A model generated the notes under the pieces. The model saw only the letters and a list, made by a program, of their open reading frames with translations, made no database searches and was not told where the DNA came from. A stretch of 64,000 bases of DNA, taken from contig JANJGN010000021.1 in NCBI GenBank assembly GCA_026770705.1, positions 90,210,001 to 90,274,000 on the forward strand, read 5' to 3'. The position numbers and the translations under genes are program-made. Below are positions 62,830 to 64,000 of this stretch, one piece after another. The stretch is from Isurus oxyrinchus (lineage: Eukaryota). Position 1 is the stretch's first letter; each line of letters begins with the position of its first letter.

Positions 62830-64000
62830 GCCTAATGCAGGTCCTTAACAGATGCTTCATCTTTAGCAGTTTGCTTGGTAAATTATTTTTTCCACTGGTA
62901 GTTTCCAATCTCCGGGGTTTCCTACCCCGGAGGTACCCCAAAAGATATGCTGGGAGATTCTTCGGAAGTTCCAAAGCAAGGACTGCACCGCAATTACCTG
63001 GGATTTTAAATTCCTGCATATCCAATGCTCTGAATTTTATTGGAATTCTAAGGCCTCTGTTTCCCGCGGGATCTTCCAGCCTCACGGAATTCAATGGGCT
63101 TTTAAATAGGATGCCACTTTTTCTGGCCCTGGCCCACCGCAATGGGGCTGTAAAATTTTGCACCAGATGTTTCTGAAGCCTTTAGCAGAATAGTTACCCA
63201 GGGAATTTTAGAAGGATTGAAACCTCTCCTAACTGCCAGTGAGCAATACTACTGACAATCACTGATCCACTGGCCGAAATTCTCAACTACACCCCATCCA
63301 CCCTGACCAACCTTCCACGTGAACAAACCGCAGCAACCCACCCCCCTCCTCCCTGCCCACAGACATCCTCCTAACCTGGACGAGCCTCCCAGCACACACC
63401 GAACCCTATATCCCAACGTCATTGCTGTCAGCATATCCAACATATGTCTACGTTCTCACACTCCAGCTGCCCATCTAATCTGCTTGACATTACACCGGAC
63501 CAACTCTCAGCCCCCGACTCCTCTCGTGTCCCTCTGAGTGCCCCGCCACATGGATAAACCTTTCAATGCAACGTGTAATAATCAACCCACTCCTGACAAT
63601 GCTAATTACCAACTGGCCACCAAACAACAATGCAGGGACTCGGTAACCACTACGTCCTATCCAGGAAAGACTGCCCCATGCCTCCAAAGCATCTCCATGA
63701 TTTCCCAGTTCCGGCTACACTCCCAACCACCGACTGCCCTCCCAACGCCCCGACTGCCCCCAGCCCGGCAAATCTCATGATCACGTTTCTACCTTCTCGA
63801 ATTTGACACTACCAAACGATTTCACTTGTACCCACTCCCTGGCTAAACCCCCACATCACAATGACCGTCCCACCACTTGTATTAACCCACATACACCTTG
63901 ACTACCGCCCACCCATTACCGCTCCCCAACCTCCTACAGCCCTCAGAATGCCACGGACCAAGGCCCGAGCTCTGGCTACCTCAATGTTCTGAATGACCAT
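62830..64000. repeat. Second copy of the unclassified C/A-rich repeat (runs off the window)
   Basis: gatgtttctgaagcctttagcagaatagttacccagg followed by ccgactgccc/actaccac-type units. Confidence 0.55.

Noticed and set aside
1-64000. Prokaryotic systems (operons, CRISPR arrays, rRNA)
   Set aside because: No long ORFs, regularly spaced repeats or rRNA signatures; the sequence is vertebrate intron and TE DNA.

Overview
Eukaryotic (vertebrate) genomic DNA. The repeat content (CR1 LINEs, a second CR1/Jockey-group LINE family, Deu-core and tRNA-derived SINEs, RTE elements, Penelope-like elements with hammerhead motifs) suggests a cartilaginous fish; this is an inference. The supplied ORF track is almost all noise or decayed transposon sequence. 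The main signal is invisible to it: a + strand gene crosses the window as at least 19 microexons of 15-36 nt (4098-61809). All are AG/GT-bounded, multiples of 3 and phase 1-1. Spliced they give 543 nt with no stop, encoding about 181 aa of heptad coiled coil: DYKYYA|LRQLLMKDK|EIDSLKENVQNA|EINLRLKER|EVEDLKLALQKQ|IEKEK|EEKIRETTS|EMEKIEAIRQDV|EALLRLKNE|EISILRKAI|DIETSNTSLNIK|AANVRHISK|ELENIEAFKMDV|EKQLQRKDK|EIEELRCQK|ADALVGRVS|ESQALLDC|EKKLCAKSL|ELENVKRDLQVK. The array appears to have grown by duplication of multi-exon cassettes. No start, stop, TM, Ig, B30.2 or lectin exon was found, so the gene is not identified; a butyrophilin/BG-like cytoplasmic tail or a receptor stalk are hypotheses. The introns are filled with TEs, including a young Penelope-like insertion with a 12-bp target-site duplication and a variant hammerhead motif, and a 5'-inverted Rex3/Expander-like RTE. 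TE boundaries are approximate and read by eye.
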